Shown here in pieces: positions 18,271-28,300 of a stretch of 64,000 bases of DNA. Numbering within the stretch: the first letter of the stretch is position 1; each line of letters opens with the position of its first letter. Under the pieces are notes generated by a model. The model made no database searches. It saw nothing but the letters and a program-made list of their open reading frames with translations, and was not told where the DNA came from. The position numbers and the translations under genes were made by a program. Source of the stretch: Minisyncoccota bacterium (GTDB taxonomy: Bacteria > Patescibacteriota > Minisyncoccia > JAHIHE01 > JAGLIN01); the NCBI GenBank assembly GCA_041661265.1, contig JBAZUT010000002.1, positions 76,316 through 140,315 on the forward strand, written 5' to 3'.

Positions 18271-19530
18271 TCATTCAAATCTCAAAGCTTCGATAGGATT
18301 CAGTCCTGCCGCTTTTTTGGCAGGGTACCACCCGAAAACGATCCCGAAGAAAGCGGCTACGAAAAAAGAAATAAGAATGGCTTCCACGGATATGACATAT
18401 GGCCAGGCGAATCCAAATGAATTTATGGCATAGGTTATTGCGAGGGATACCATAATACCCATTACTATCCCGATCACTCCTCCAAGAACAGAGATCAGGA
18501 TCGCCTCAAGCACGAACTGTATCAGGATATCCTTTTGCTTCGCCCCCAAGGCCTTGCGAAGACCGATCTCTTTTGTCCTCTCTGTGACTATGACAAGCAT
18601 TATATTCATGATACCGACCCCTCCCACCAGAAGGGATATTGCCGCAAGAAGTCCAAGAAGGAGAGATATTGCTCCGGTCACCGAATTCACTATATCCAGG
18701 ATCTGGCTGACCGCTACTATTTCAAAATCGTCATTTTTAGGATCCGCTATGTGGTGTCTTTGCCTCATAAGCTTCGCGATCTCGCTCCTGGCCTGCGGGA
18801 TAAATGCCTCGTCTGAGATCTTGATCCCTATTTCCATTATATAATCGATCCCAAGAAGCATCTTCTGCCCAGTCAAAAGCGGCACCACGACCATCTCATC
18901 CATGTTTATGCCGAACATGATCCCTCTTGACTTCAGAACTCCCACAACCTTAAAACTCACCTGTTTTATTTTAATTGATCTTCCGACGGCATTCTCGGAA
19001 CCGAAAAATTTCTTTGCCACATCGCCTCCGATCACGATAACCCTGGCCACGGCGCTGTTCTCATCCTCTGTGAAAAATCTTCCGCTGTCTATCTTCATCT
19101 GACCGTCTATTGCCGGATAGAAAGAATCGGAAGCAAGAATAAATACTTTTTTTTCTTTTTCCTCGTATTTTGCCACATCCATCGAAGAGGTATATCCGGA
19201 AACTGCTTCGATATACGGAAAGACTCTTCTGTCTCTCATGGCTACAGCATCATCTCCCTTGAGGGTCGTTACAACTATCCCCTCCGCTCTGGAACGCGCG
19301 CTATTTCCAAGATCGCTCCCGGGAATTTTGACCTGCACCGAGATCAGATTTGAACCGAATGAATTGATCTGATTTACGACCAAAGCTTTCAATCCCTGGC
19401 CTACGGAAACAATAATAATAACGGCAGCGACTCCGATGACTATGCCCAAAACGGACAAAGCCGTTCTCGTCTTGTTCGCTTTGAGGCCGATATACGCAAG
19501 TTTTATGATCTTGGGATTGATAATTGACAT
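18271..19530 (-). CDS. ABC transporter permease, FtsX/MacB-like (copy 1)
   Basis: N-terminal TM, large periplasmic domain, C-terminal 3 TM with GLRKALGA motif. Confidence 0.85.
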   Translation of the reverse strand: MSIINPKIIKLAYIGLKANKTRTALSVLGIVIGVAAVIIIVSVGQGLKALVVNQINSFGSNLISVQVKIPGSDLGNSARSRAEGIVVTTLKGDDAVAMRDRRVFPYIEAVSGYTSSMDVAKYEEKEKKVFILASDSFYPAIDGQMKIDSGRFFTEDENSAVARVIVIGGDVAKKFFGSENAVGRSIKIKQVSFKVVGVLKSRGIMFGINMDEMVVVPLLTGQKMLLGIDYIMEIGIKISDEAFIPQARSEIAKLMRQRHHIADPKNDDFEIVAVSQILDIVNSVTGAISLLLGLLAAISLLVGGVGIMNIMLVIVTERTKEIGLRKALGAKQKDILIQFVLEAILISVLGGVIGIVMGIMVSLAITYAINSFGFAWPYVISVEAILISFFVAAFFGIVFGWYPAKKAAGLNPIEALRFE

Positions 19531-20024
19531 ATTATTGTTTTTTTGATAGCGCTAGATGTCAGGTTTGAACTGAACTTTCAAATCTTGTACAACTTATGGA
19601 GATTGAAAAATTGAGCGAACAGAATGATGAAAATATAAAAGTCGTGATCACCGACATTGACGGCAGCATGATGCCCCAGGGAGGCCCGATGGCTTCATTG
19701 CCGAACAAAGAGACGGACTCGGCCTTGTCGAAGGAATACTGCACTATGCCGAAAACGGATATTTCGATGAGCGAACTGCCAAAAAAATACAACAAAAGAT
19801 CGACGAACTGAAAATTTTCTGAAACAAGGAGAGATAAAGTTATCTCTTTTTTTATCGGTCAAAATCATGAATAATTCCGCTCTTATAAGTTTCTGCCTGG
19901 TCGAATATTATCCATCATTCATGCAATAATCCCTCCTACGATAAATTTATTATTGAATTCATGAAATATTCAAAGATTATTCATATATTTTTCATTTTGA
20001 TCTTTAAATTTTTATTTTTAAATA

Positions 20025-21254
20025 TTATTCGTATCTCAATGCTTCGATCGCATTTAATTTTGCCGCCTTATGGGCCGGGTAAAGTCCAAAAACGATCCCG
20101 ATGATCACCGCAACAGACACGGAAATTATAACTGAAAAAGGAGAGATAATCATCTCCCAGTGATACCCGAGATATTGCAGAACGAGAGCGATCAAAACCG
20201 AAAATATCGACCCCAGGATCACTCCGATAGACCCGCCGACGAAAGTAAGCATTACGGATTCCACAAGGAACTGGTTCCTGATATCGGACCGCTTGGCGCC
20301 GATCGCCTTTCGAAGACCGATCTCCCTGGTCCGTTCCGTCACGCTGACCAGCATGATGTTCATTATCCCGACTCCGCCCACAATGAGAGATATGGCAGCA
20401 ATCGCACCCAGGAACAGATTAAGGGCATTTGTCACGCTTCCGATTATGTCCAGCGCTTGCGTCATGCTGCGCACCGTAAAATCTGCCTTAGCGGGATCGG
20501 TTATGTTGTGCCTCTGCATCAATAATTTGCGTATCATACTTATGGCCATTGGAATGTTCTCTTTCAGGTCCACCTTGCCCCTAAGAAAAGAAATATGGTC
20601 GATCCCCAGCATGATCTTCTGCGCCGTCTTGACCGGAATAAAGACCTGGTCGTCCTGGCCGGAGACGGATGAACCTTTCTTCTTCAAAATGCCGACGACG
20701 ACGAAACTCTCCTGATCTATTTTCACCCTCCTTCCGATCGCGTTTTCCGCGATGAATAATTTTTCATAAACGGAATTTCCCAGAACCACGATCCTGGAAA
20801 CGCTTTCATCTTCATCCTGGACAATGAATCTTCCGCTCACGACTTCCGCATTTTCAACGTTGATGAAATCCGAAGTCACTCCCGAAAAAGTGGCATTTTT
20901 CGATCTGTTTTCATAGGAAATATCGGCATTCCCATTGACATACGGGGTTACGGCGATGATATGGGGGATCTTTTTGATCTCTTTGGCGTCATCATAGGTG
21001 AGCGTCGTTATCACAACCCCGAACATCGATGAAGGCGGACCGCCTTCCTCGCTGGCGCCGGGAAGAACCCCTACGAGATTGCTTCCAAGGGATTCGATCT
21101 GATTGAAAACATAGCTTTGCGCCCCTGCGCCCACCGCCATGATCGTTATGACACTGCCCACTCCTATGATGATTCCCAGCATAGTCAAAAAAGACCGCCT
21201 TTTGTTGACAGCGATGTTTCCAAGTGCAAATTTAATAATTTTAACAATTTTCAT
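20025..21254 (-). CDS. ABC transporter permease, FtsX/MacB-like (copy 2)
   Basis: Paralog of 18271..19530 (GLRKAIGA motif). Confidence 0.85.
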   Translation of the reverse strand: MKIVKIIKFALGNIAVNKRRSFLTMLGIIIGVGSVITIMAVGAGAQSYVFNQIESLGSNLVGVLPGASEEGGPPSSMFGVVITTLTYDDAKEIKKIPHIIAVTPYVNGNADISYENRSKNATFSGVTSDFINVENAEVVSGRFIVQDEDESVSRIVVLGNSVYEKLFIAENAIGRRVKIDQESFVVVGILKKKGSSVSGQDDQVFIPVKTAQKIMLGIDHISFLRGKVDLKENIPMAISMIRKLLMQRHNITDPAKADFTVRSMTQALDIIGSVTNALNLFLGAIAAISLIVGGVGIMNIMLVSVTERTREIGLRKAIGAKRSDIRNQFLVESVMLTFVGGSIGVILGSIFSVLIALVLQYLGYHWEMIISPFSVIISVSVAVIIGIVFGLYPAHKAAKLNAIEALRYE

Positions 21255-21482
21255 AATTATCTCATAATGCCTAAAAAAATGTAATTATCATGAATTTTAT
21301 TCTTTAATTTTCAATTCACAATTATCAATTTACATTCAAATTCCAATTCATCAATATCCAATTTGAAAATTACGTAATTGAAAATTCACTGAAAATTGTA
21401 AATTGACCATTGAAAACTACTCAATGCCTATTAATCAGATCAATCATGATAATTAGAACAAGAAAATACTCTGCGGTTACGA

Positions 21483-22214
21483 TCATTTCTTAAACTCCCC
21501 ATTCGCAGCAAGTCTTCTTTTGCCTATTACTTCGTCTTCTATAATAAGCCCGTCTTTTACATGCAGGATCCTCTTTGCACACTCTGCGGTATATTTTTCA
21601 TGCGTAACCATGATAATTGTATGGCCTTCATTGTTCAGCTTTTGCAATATCTCAACGATCTCTTCGCCGGATTTGCTGTCAAGATTTCCCGTCGGTTCAT
21701 CGGCAAGAATAAGCCTCGGATTGTTTATAAGAGCCCTCACGATAGCCACTCTTTGCTGTTCTCCGCCCGATAATTGATTCGGCCTATGGTCAAGCCTATG
21801 CGTCAAACCGACTTTCGCAAGAAGCGCAACGGCTTTTTCCTTCATTTCCTTTTCATTGATATTGGCCAAATAGGTCGTTGGAAGAAGCACATTCTCCAGA
21901 ACACTGGTCCTCTGCAGAAGATTATATGATTGAAAAATAAATCCGATCTTTTCACTGCGAAACTCGGCAAGCTTGTCATCATCCAGCTTGGAAGTATCAA
22001 GGCCCTCAAAATAATAATCTCCGCTTGAAGGTTTGTCCAAAAAACCAATTAGATGCATAAGAGTTGATTTTCCCGAACCCGATGCCCCCATAATGGCGAC
22101 AAATTCGCCTTCATTGACTGAAAACGAAACGCCTTTTAACACGCTCGTTTCCACCTCCCCGTTCGTATAAATTTTTTTTATATCCTTCAGTTTTATCAAC
22201 TCTGCTATTGACAT
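21483..22214 (-). CDS. ABC transporter ATP-binding protein (MacB/LolD-type)
   Basis: Walker A GASGSGKST, signature LSGGEQQR, Walker B ILADEPT. Confidence 0.93.
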   Translation of the reverse strand: MSIAELIKLKDIKKIYTNGEVETSVLKGVSFSVNEGEFVAIMGASGSGKSTLMHLIGFLDKPSSGDYYFEGLDTSKLDDDKLAEFRSEKIGFIFQSYNLLQRTSVLENVLLPTTYLANINEKEMKEKAVALLAKVGLTHRLDHRPNQLSGGEQQRVAIVRALINNPRLILADEPTGNLDSKSGEEIVEILQKLNNEGHTIIMVTHEKYTAECAKRILHVKDGLIIEDEVIGKRRLAANGEFKK

Positions 22215-22236
22215 TATAGTAGTTTTATGCTATAAT
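22208..22236 (+). promoter_or_regulatory. consensus sigma70-type promoter TTGACA-17 nt-TATAAT
   Basis: Perfect hexamers with 17-nt spacer; -35 overlaps the ATPase start codon on the opposite strand. Confidence 0.55.
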
Positions 22237-22291
22237 TTAAAGTTAAATAATGTAACGTTTTGTCACAAACAAAACAAGAAAGGAAGACATT

Positions 22292-22405
22292 ATGAACTAC
22301 GAAATACAAGATATGATCGATGTAGCTTTAGATAAACTTAACGAACAGATGGAAAAATACGACATTTCTTCCAAGATCGAAGAAGCTGAAGAAGCTGAAT
22401 GGTAG
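22292..22405 (+). CDS. small acidic protein (37 aa, MNYEIQDMIDVALDKLNEQMEKYDISSKIEEAEEAEW)
   Basis: AGGAAG RBS, ATG, sits between a consensus promoter and a perfect terminator; under 60 aa so absent from the ORF track. Confidence 0.45.
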   Translation: MNYEIQDMIDVALDKLNEQMEKYDISSKIEEAEEAEW

Positions 22406-22417
22406 CTTCCATCCGCA

Positions 22418-22452
22418 AACCACCCCGGCTGAAAAGCGGGGTGGTTTGTTTT
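22418..22452. terminator. rho-independent terminator (bidirectional)
   Basis: AAACCACCCCGGCT-GAAA-AGCGGGGTGGTTT followed by GTTTT; A-run on the other side. Confidence 0.7.
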
Positions 22453-22490
22453 GGCTTGCCTCCCCTTTTCATCGATCCGCGAACTGGTCG

Positions 22491-24329
22491 CTAGGCCTGA
22501 CCCTCAACGAACGTTACAACGCTCTGGCCCTCGAAAAGTCCGCTCAAAACCTCTATGTTTATATCCCCTTTCAATCCCATTTCAATGTTGACATCCGTCA
22601 GCTTTCCATTTTCGACGATCTGAACATATTTTCGCGAACCATCTTCTTTGAGAGCCTGGAACGGAATCATAAGCACATTTTCTTTCTTTGCGGTCAGGAT
22701 GTCGAGATTGGCGGTCATTCCCGGTTTTATGATCTGCGCATCAGCTGTGAACATTGCCGTAACTTTGTAATATATGACGCCGGACACCTCGGTCTGCGCC
22801 GGATCAATGCTGATGATCTTTCCGACAAATTCTTTGTCCGGACCAAGCGCGTCAAAGGTTATTTTCACTTCATCCTCGATCTTCACTTTGGCTATGTCCA
22901 CTTCGGAGATATTTGCTTTTATTTCAAAACTGTCCGTGGTTATGATCGAAACGAAAACTTTTGCCGACGTGGCAATCTCTCCTATCTCGCCGTTAATTTC
23001 CGTGATGATGCCTTTATCGGGAGACTTGAGAGTGGAATTATCGATCTGGTTCTGTATGAGATCCACATTTGCCTGCGCTTTCTTGACCTGCGATTGGAAT
23101 GAAAGCATGTCAGCGCTCCTCGGCCTCGCTTTTTTAAACGCGAGCTGGTCCTCGGCCTGATTCAGAGCCCCCTCGGCAGCCTTAACCGAACTCTCCGCGG
23201 CATTGACCCTCAGGCTTGCGGATGACCTTGCGGAAACCAAAGATTGCTCATAAAGATCCAGGGAGCTTTGCGCCGAATTGACCGTGGCCTGAGCGCTGTC
23301 CAAATTCGTCTGATTTGTTATCTTCTGCGTAGAAACATCCTGATTGGCTGTAGTTATGTTGGATATTGAAGTGTTCGTTGAAGTCCTGGCTGAAGAAATA
23401 TTCGATTTCAACGTATCAAGCTCGGTTTGCGTCAGTGTCGACGAGGTTACGGTCGCCGAAAGAACTTTGTATGTATCGCTGAGCGCGGTCCGGATATTCT
23501 CAAGAGCATTTTTCGTCTTAAGAAGAGCTTCATCGGTCTTATCGTGCGTCAGCGAAGAAGTGATGCTGATCGCGTAATCATTGGCTGTATTATATGAATT
23601 AGTGGCCACTGCCTTGCTAGATGTTGCATTATTGAGATATTGGATATTGAGTACGCTCAAGGTATCCTGAGCATCTTCATATTCCAGCGTCGTCTTATTC
23701 GTATTCAGCGAGTTGGATGCCGTCACGAGGCCTGCATTGATCGTATCCCACGCATTATCATAATCTTGATTCAGATTATTTTCATTCGAAGTCGTGGTAT
23801 TATCAAGACTCTTCCGGGCATTTGCCAGGGTGGTCTTTGCGCTGTTCACAGAAGCTTCTGCGCTCAAGATGTCATTCTGCGATCCCTCCTCGGCATCCAG
23901 CAAGCTTTGCTGTGCATTTTCCAATGCAATCCTTGCATTCTCAACGGCAGTCTGGGATAACTTCAGATCTTCATCAGTTGCTCCCTCTATCAGCTTGTTC
24001 AGATCCGCGGTCGCCGAATTCAGACTCGCCCTCGCCTGTTCAAGCTGAGAATCCAATTGAGCCGTATCCAGCTTTGCGATAATAGCGCCCTGCTCGACAT
24101 GATCCCCGACCTTAACGTTTATTTCCTGAACCTTGCCCGAATTTACAAAATTCAGATCAAGCTTCTTCGCCGCCTCAACCGTGCCGGTTGCAGATACGGT
24201 CTGCAGAACCTCCCCCCTGGTCACTTGCGCAGTCGTATATTTAGGCTCCGGTTTTTTTGAAAAACTGAAAAAAGCGATAATTATGATCAATAGAACTGCA
24301 ACTGCAATAATTATGTTTCGCTTGGACAT
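22491..24329 (-). CDS. efflux periplasmic adaptor (HlyD/MacA-like membrane fusion protein) with extended coiled coil
   Basis: N-terminal TM, biotinyl-lipoyl-like and barrel motifs at the ends, about 350-aa Ser/Thr/Asn-rich coiled-coil middle. Confidence 0.8.
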   Translation of the reverse strand: MSKRNIIIAVAVLLIIIIAFFSFSKKPEPKYTTAQVTRGEVLQTVSATGTVEAAKKLDLNFVNSGKVQEINVKVGDHVEQGAIIAKLDTAQLDSQLEQARASLNSATADLNKLIEGATDEDLKLSQTAVENARIALENAQQSLLDAEEGSQNDILSAEASVNSAKTTLANARKSLDNTTTSNENNLNQDYDNAWDTINAGLVTASNSLNTNKTTLEYEDAQDTLSVLNIQYLNNATSSKAVATNSYNTANDYAISITSSLTHDKTDEALLKTKNALENIRTALSDTYKVLSATVTSSTLTQTELDTLKSNISSARTSTNTSISNITTANQDVSTQKITNQTNLDSAQATVNSAQSSLDLYEQSLVSARSSASLRVNAAESSVKAAEGALNQAEDQLAFKKARPRSADMLSFQSQVKKAQANVDLIQNQIDNSTLKSPDKGIITEINGEIGEIATSAKVFVSIITTDSFEIKANISEVDIAKVKIEDEVKITFDALGPDKEFVGKIISIDPAQTEVSGVIYYKVTAMFTADAQIIKPGMTANLDILTAKKENVLMIPFQALKEDGSRKYVQIVENGKLTDVNIEMGLKGDINIEVLSGLFEGQSVVTFVEGQA

Positions 24330-24553
24330 GATGGAAAAATATTAAAAATTATGAGAATCTCTCTGATAAGTTTCTTTTGAGCTATAAAATTCAGAATTTT
24401 GAGCAAAAATGATGAAAATGAGGAGGTTTAGCCTGTGTTAAGCCGACAAGTTTTGAATGATTTGCCAGCTGTAATTATGAGTTTTTGGCCAATGCGAACT
24501 TACGATGCAGGCTCTGATATCGTAAAAGATCGAAATGCGCCGCTTGGCTTGAT

Positions 24554-24877
24554 CTATGAAACTCCTCTTGTCAGCACAACGGTCGAGACCACGATAATCA
24601 TGGCATATGCAAGCCCGCATATCACCAATCCGACAAGCGCGTACTTTATTGCATTGGCTCCTCCTGTTACCATCCCGAAAATGATCATAAGAACACAGAT
24701 CATGGCGACCACGCCAAGAATAAAATTTATTATATTCAGGATCGACTGCACTACGTCCGTTTGAACATTTTTAGGCGCCTTTTTTTGCCCCCACGTCGGA
24801 ATGCTTGTGCCAAAAGCAACGCCTGCATTGAATGTAAGTGCATATCCGAAGACAAGATACCGCAATAATTTGTTCAT
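24554..24877 (-). CDS. small secreted membrane protein (signal peptide plus 2 TM); possibly a TrbC/VirB2-like fold
   Basis: Hydropathy pattern only. Confidence 0.4.
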   Translation of the reverse strand: MNKLLRYLVFGYALTFNAGVAFGTSIPTWGQKKAPKNVQTDVVQSILNIINFILGVVAMICVLMIIFGMVTGGANAIKYALVGLVICGLAYAMIIVVSTVVLTRGVS

Positions 24878-25218
24878 GATGATATGCTTATTGTTTTTTT
24901 CAAGGACCTGATCGATCGCTTCGGACTTACCGGGAAATAACGGAAAAAATTCCTTTAATCAAAAAGTTTCATGATCTCTATCATAGCGTTTTATATACCC
25001 CATTATGAATGAAATTGAAAAATTTCGCAACTGCCGCCATATGGATAAGTTCAAGGTCCCCATAAAACAAAAACACCCTATAAATAGGACGTTTTAGAGG
25101 GGGGCAAGAAAAACAAATTGTATGATCTTAAAGTTCATTTCCTCTTTGACAGTAAATGTACTTTCACGCTTTTCTTGCTCCTCTCTTCCGATCGTAATTT
25201 GTCAGTTTGTCTATTTTT

Positions 25219-25518
25219 TTAAAATGTTGTTGCTCCCCTGGTTTGTATGAAATATTCTTTTTCTTCGTGGGTTAATCCCAGGAATATTTTTACCTCGGCC
25301 GGTAGAAGTTTTCCGATTATGGCATTGAATTTCCTCTCAATCCTTTCATCGGCATCTTCAAGCTCGAAGTTGATTGTGCTCTTCAGTCTTGCGAGACTGA
25401 TATTCGAATCTTCCTTTCTCAACACATCCGACTGGAATTGTTCCCTGGTAATTCCAAAATTACGGATTTCAGGATTCCAATCAAACACCATTCCCGTTTC
25501 ATCTACTATTTCTGCCAT
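25219..25518 (-). CDS. hypothetical protein (99 aa)
   Basis: ORF only. Confidence 0.4.
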   Translation of the reverse strand: MAEIVDETGMVFDWNPEIRNFGITREQFQSDVLRKEDSNISLARLKSTINFELEDADERIERKFNAIIGKLLPAEVKIFLGLTHEEKEYFIQTRGATTF

Positions 25519-25709
25519 TTATTATACACCTCTTATATATTTATTTGTTTGACAAACTACAATCGTTAGCAATAAACTACCATAATACACTTTACTTGTC
25601 AACTTTATGCGAATGAAGTAAAATGAACATATCAATTGTAATATTTTAACTTATTGCCGGTATTTGTTTTTTATACTAAATACTAGATACTTAATACTAA
25701 CTATCATTC

Positions 25710-25877
25710 ATGGGAAAAGGGAAATGGGGCAAGCCCGCATACAAAGGCAGCGTCGATCCGATCAGTTCCGCAAATTACTTTATGTTTGTTATCATTCTTC
25801 TGCTTTTTTTGGGATTCGTCCAGGCGGGAATAAACAAGGGCTGGTTCACTGCAATTGTGGACTATATATCTCAATAG
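25710..25877 (+). CDS. possible small membrane protein (55 aa)
   Basis: ATG ORF with one TM helix ending 20 nt before a strong terminator; no RBS; different frame from ORF-track 25664..25891. Confidence 0.25.
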   Translation: MGKGKWGKPAYKGSVDPISSANYFMFVIILLLFLGFVQAGINKGWFTAIVDYISQ

Positions 25878-25896
25878 ACATTTTGATATGAAAAAA

Positions 25897-25920
25897 AGCG
25901 GGCTAACCCGCTTTTTTTAT
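25897..25920. terminator. bidirectional rho-independent terminator downstream of dnaK
   Basis: AGCGGG-CTAA-CCCGCT flanked by A-run and T-run. Confidence 0.7.
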
Positions 25921-25926
25921 GTGAAT

Positions 25927-27789
25927 TTATTTTTTGTCTTCATCCTTCTTGTCTCCCTTGTCATTATCCTTCACTTCTTCATATTCTCCCTCGACCGGAC
26001 CCTTTTCATTTTCTTTTTTCGCGCCGCCGTCTTTTTCCGGCTGAGCCTGCTGATACATAGCCGTTCCGATCTTTTGCGCTTCCTGCGAAAGATCTTCCAG
26101 GGCTTTTTTTATTGCATCGATATCCTCCCCGTCTTTCACTTTCTTGAGGATCGCCACTTTTTCTTCGATGGACTTCTTGTCTTCGGCCTTCAGTTTGTCG
26201 CCCGCCTCGCGGATCATCTTTTCTGTCGTATAGATCATCGTATCGGCATTGTTCTTCGCTTCGATCTTCTCTTTCTTTGCCCGGTCCGTAGCCGCATTGA
26301 CCTCGGCATCCTTCTTCATTCTTTCGATCTCTTCTTTCGAGAGGCCGGATGACGATTCGATCCTTATCGACTGTTCCTTGTTTGTCGCCTTATCTTTCGC
26401 CTTCACATTCAGTATGCCGTTCGCATCAATATCGAAAGTGACCTCGACTTGCGGAGTGCCTCTTGGCGCCGGAGGTATGCCGTCCAAAATAAATCTTCCG
26501 AGAGACTTGTTATCAGAGGCCATTTCTCTTTCTCCCTGAAGCACATTGATCTCAACCGAAGGCTGGCTGTCAGCCGCCGTCGAAAATACTTGCGTTTTCG
26601 ATGTCGGGATCGTAGTGTTCCTTTCGATAAGCTTGGTGGAAACTCCGCCCAATGTTTCGATCCCGAGAGAAAGCGGAGTGACATCCAGGAGAAGAACGTC
26701 CTTCACTTCACCCGAAAGCACGGCTCCCTGCACAGCCGCTCCCATAGCCACGCATTCCATCGGATCAACTCCCCGTTCGATCTTTTTCCCGACATAGTCT
26801 TCAACGAATTTCTGCACGATCGGCATCCTGGTGGGACCTCCGACCAGGATCACCTTGTGGATCTGCTGCGCCGAAAGCTTTGCGTCGCTCATTGCCTGCT
26901 CTATCGGATGCCTCATCCTGTCGATAAGAGGCTTGATCAATTCTTCAAGTTTTGCGCGCGTGAATTTCAGCGTAAGATGCTTCGGGCCCTCTGCCGTCGC
27001 TGTGATGAAAGGAAGGTTTATATCCGTTTCCATTGCAGAACTGAGCTCGATCTTCGATTTCTCGGCCGCTTCCCGAACTCTCTGCATGGCCATCTTGTCC
27101 TTTGACACGTCGATCCCGCTCTCAGCTTTGAATTCCTTAACGATATAATCAACAAGCGCCTTATCCATATCCGTTCCGCCAAGCTGAGTGTCTCCCGATG
27201 TCGAAAGCACTTCAAAAACCCCTCCGCCGAATTCCATGATCGTCACATCCAGAGTTCCCCCTCCCAGATCGAATACGATTATCTTCTGTTCCTTGCCTTC
27301 CTTGTCGAGCCCATAGGCAAGCGCCGCCGCCGTAGGTTCGTTGATGATCCTCACAACTTCCAGCCCCGCGATCGTTCCGGCATCCTTCGTTGCCTGTCTC
27401 TGCGAATCATCAAAATAAGCCGGCACGGTTATGACCGCCTTATCGATCCTCTCTCCGAGATATGCTTCCGCGTCTTTCTTTATTTTCTGCAGAATGAAAG
27501 CGGAGATCTGCTGAGGAGTGTATTCTTTCCCGAACACGTTATATTTGAAATTCGTTCCCATTTTCCTTTTCGCCGCCATGATCGTTCCTTCCGGATTCGT
27601 AACCGCCTGCCTCCTTGCAGGTTCTCCGACCAGAAATTCCCCTTTTTTCGTAAAAGCCACCACGGAAGGAAATGCTTTTCCGCCCAATGTGGCTCCTTCG
27701 GATGAAGGTATGATGACCGGACGGCTCGCTTCCATAACTGACGCCGCCGAATTTGATGTTCCGAGATCGATCCCTATTATTTTTGCCAT
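25927..27789 (-). CDS. dnaK: molecular chaperone DnaK (Hsp70)
   Basis: [18 protein letters not shown], full-length 620 aa. Confidence 0.98.
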   Translation of the reverse strand: MAKIIGIDLGTSNSAASVMEASRPVIIPSSEGATLGGKAFPSVVAFTKKGEFLVGEPARRQAVTNPEGTIMAAKRKMGTNFKYNVFGKEYTPQQISAFILQKIKKDAEAYLGERIDKAVITVPAYFDDSQRQATKDAGTIAGLEVVRIINEPTAAALAYGLDKEGKEQKIIVFDLGGGTLDVTIMEFGGGVFEVLSTSGDTQLGGTDMDKALVDYIVKEFKAESGIDVSKDKMAMQRVREAAEKSKIELSSAMETDINLPFITATAEGPKHLTLKFTRAKLEELIKPLIDRMRHPIEQAMSDAKLSAQQIHKVILVGGPTRMPIVQKFVEDYVGKKIERGVDPMECVAMGAAVQGAVLSGEVKDVLLLDVTPLSLGIETLGGVSTKLIERNTTIPTSKTQVFSTAADSQPSVEINVLQGEREMASDNKSLGRFILDGIPPAPRGTPQVEVTFDIDANGILNVKAKDKATNKEQSIRIESSSGLSKEEIERMKKDAEVNAATDRAKKEKIEAKNNADTMIYTTEKMIREAGDKLKAEDKKSIEEKVAILKKVKDGEDIDAIKKALEDLSQEAQKIGTAMYQQAQPEKDGGAKKENEKGPVEGEYEEVKDNDKGDKKDEDKK

Positions 27790-27936
27790 AATTTTATATA
27801 GTTATAAAGTTAAAAGTTTATAAAGTTATCACTGGATAGTTATCCAATTATCATAATGTGATCGTATAATTGACATTATCATGTATTAATTTTATTATTG
27901 AATTAACAAAAACAAAAAATTTATGGAGGTTTTTAA

Positions 27937-28173
27937 ATGGCACATTTCAGATTAGAGTCAATGGTTGATTGCATTGCAGCTACAATAATTTCAGTCATAG
28001 TTTTATTCACAATAATGATTATGATTGGCAATTCCCTCTATGCAATTCCAGTTCTGGCATTCGCTTTTATAATAATGTTTATGCTGTATTTCTTCTTGTC
28101 ATTTGACAAAAACCCAATATCGAGAAGAATTATCCAGAAAGTAAAAAAACATTTCGACACTGCAGAGCGTTAG
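27937..28173 (+). CDS. small membrane protein (78 aa, 2 TM)
   Basis: GGAGGT RBS 7 nt before ATG; terminator about 100 nt downstream. Confidence 0.5.
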   Translation: MAHFRLESMVDCIAATIISVIVLFTIMIMIGNSLYAIPVLAFAFIIMFMLYFFLSFDKNPISRRIIQKVKKHFDTAER

Positions 28174-28271
28174 ACCCTGCAGGTCGATGCTCGCCTGAAG
28201 CGAGTATTGACATGCGGCAGAGACCGCATGGTATATAAATAATCAAAAGTATTTGAAATTCTAACACCCCA

Positions 28272-28300
28272 AAGAGCGAAAAAACGCTCTTATTTTTTTT
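28272..28300 (+). terminator. rho-independent terminator
   Basis: AAGAGCG-AAAAAA-CGCTCTT then TTTTTTTT; overlaps grpE stop. Confidence 0.55.

Noticed and set aside
19596-19811. 71-aa plus-strand ORF between the two permease genes
   Set aside because: It has no RBS and low-complexity composition. It more likely lies within the inter-permease leader on the opposite strand.
22446-23102. 218-aa plus-strand ORF overlapping the adaptor gene
   Set aside because: It is antisense to the membrane-fusion protein gene and begins inside the terminator hairpin, so it is a shadow ORF.
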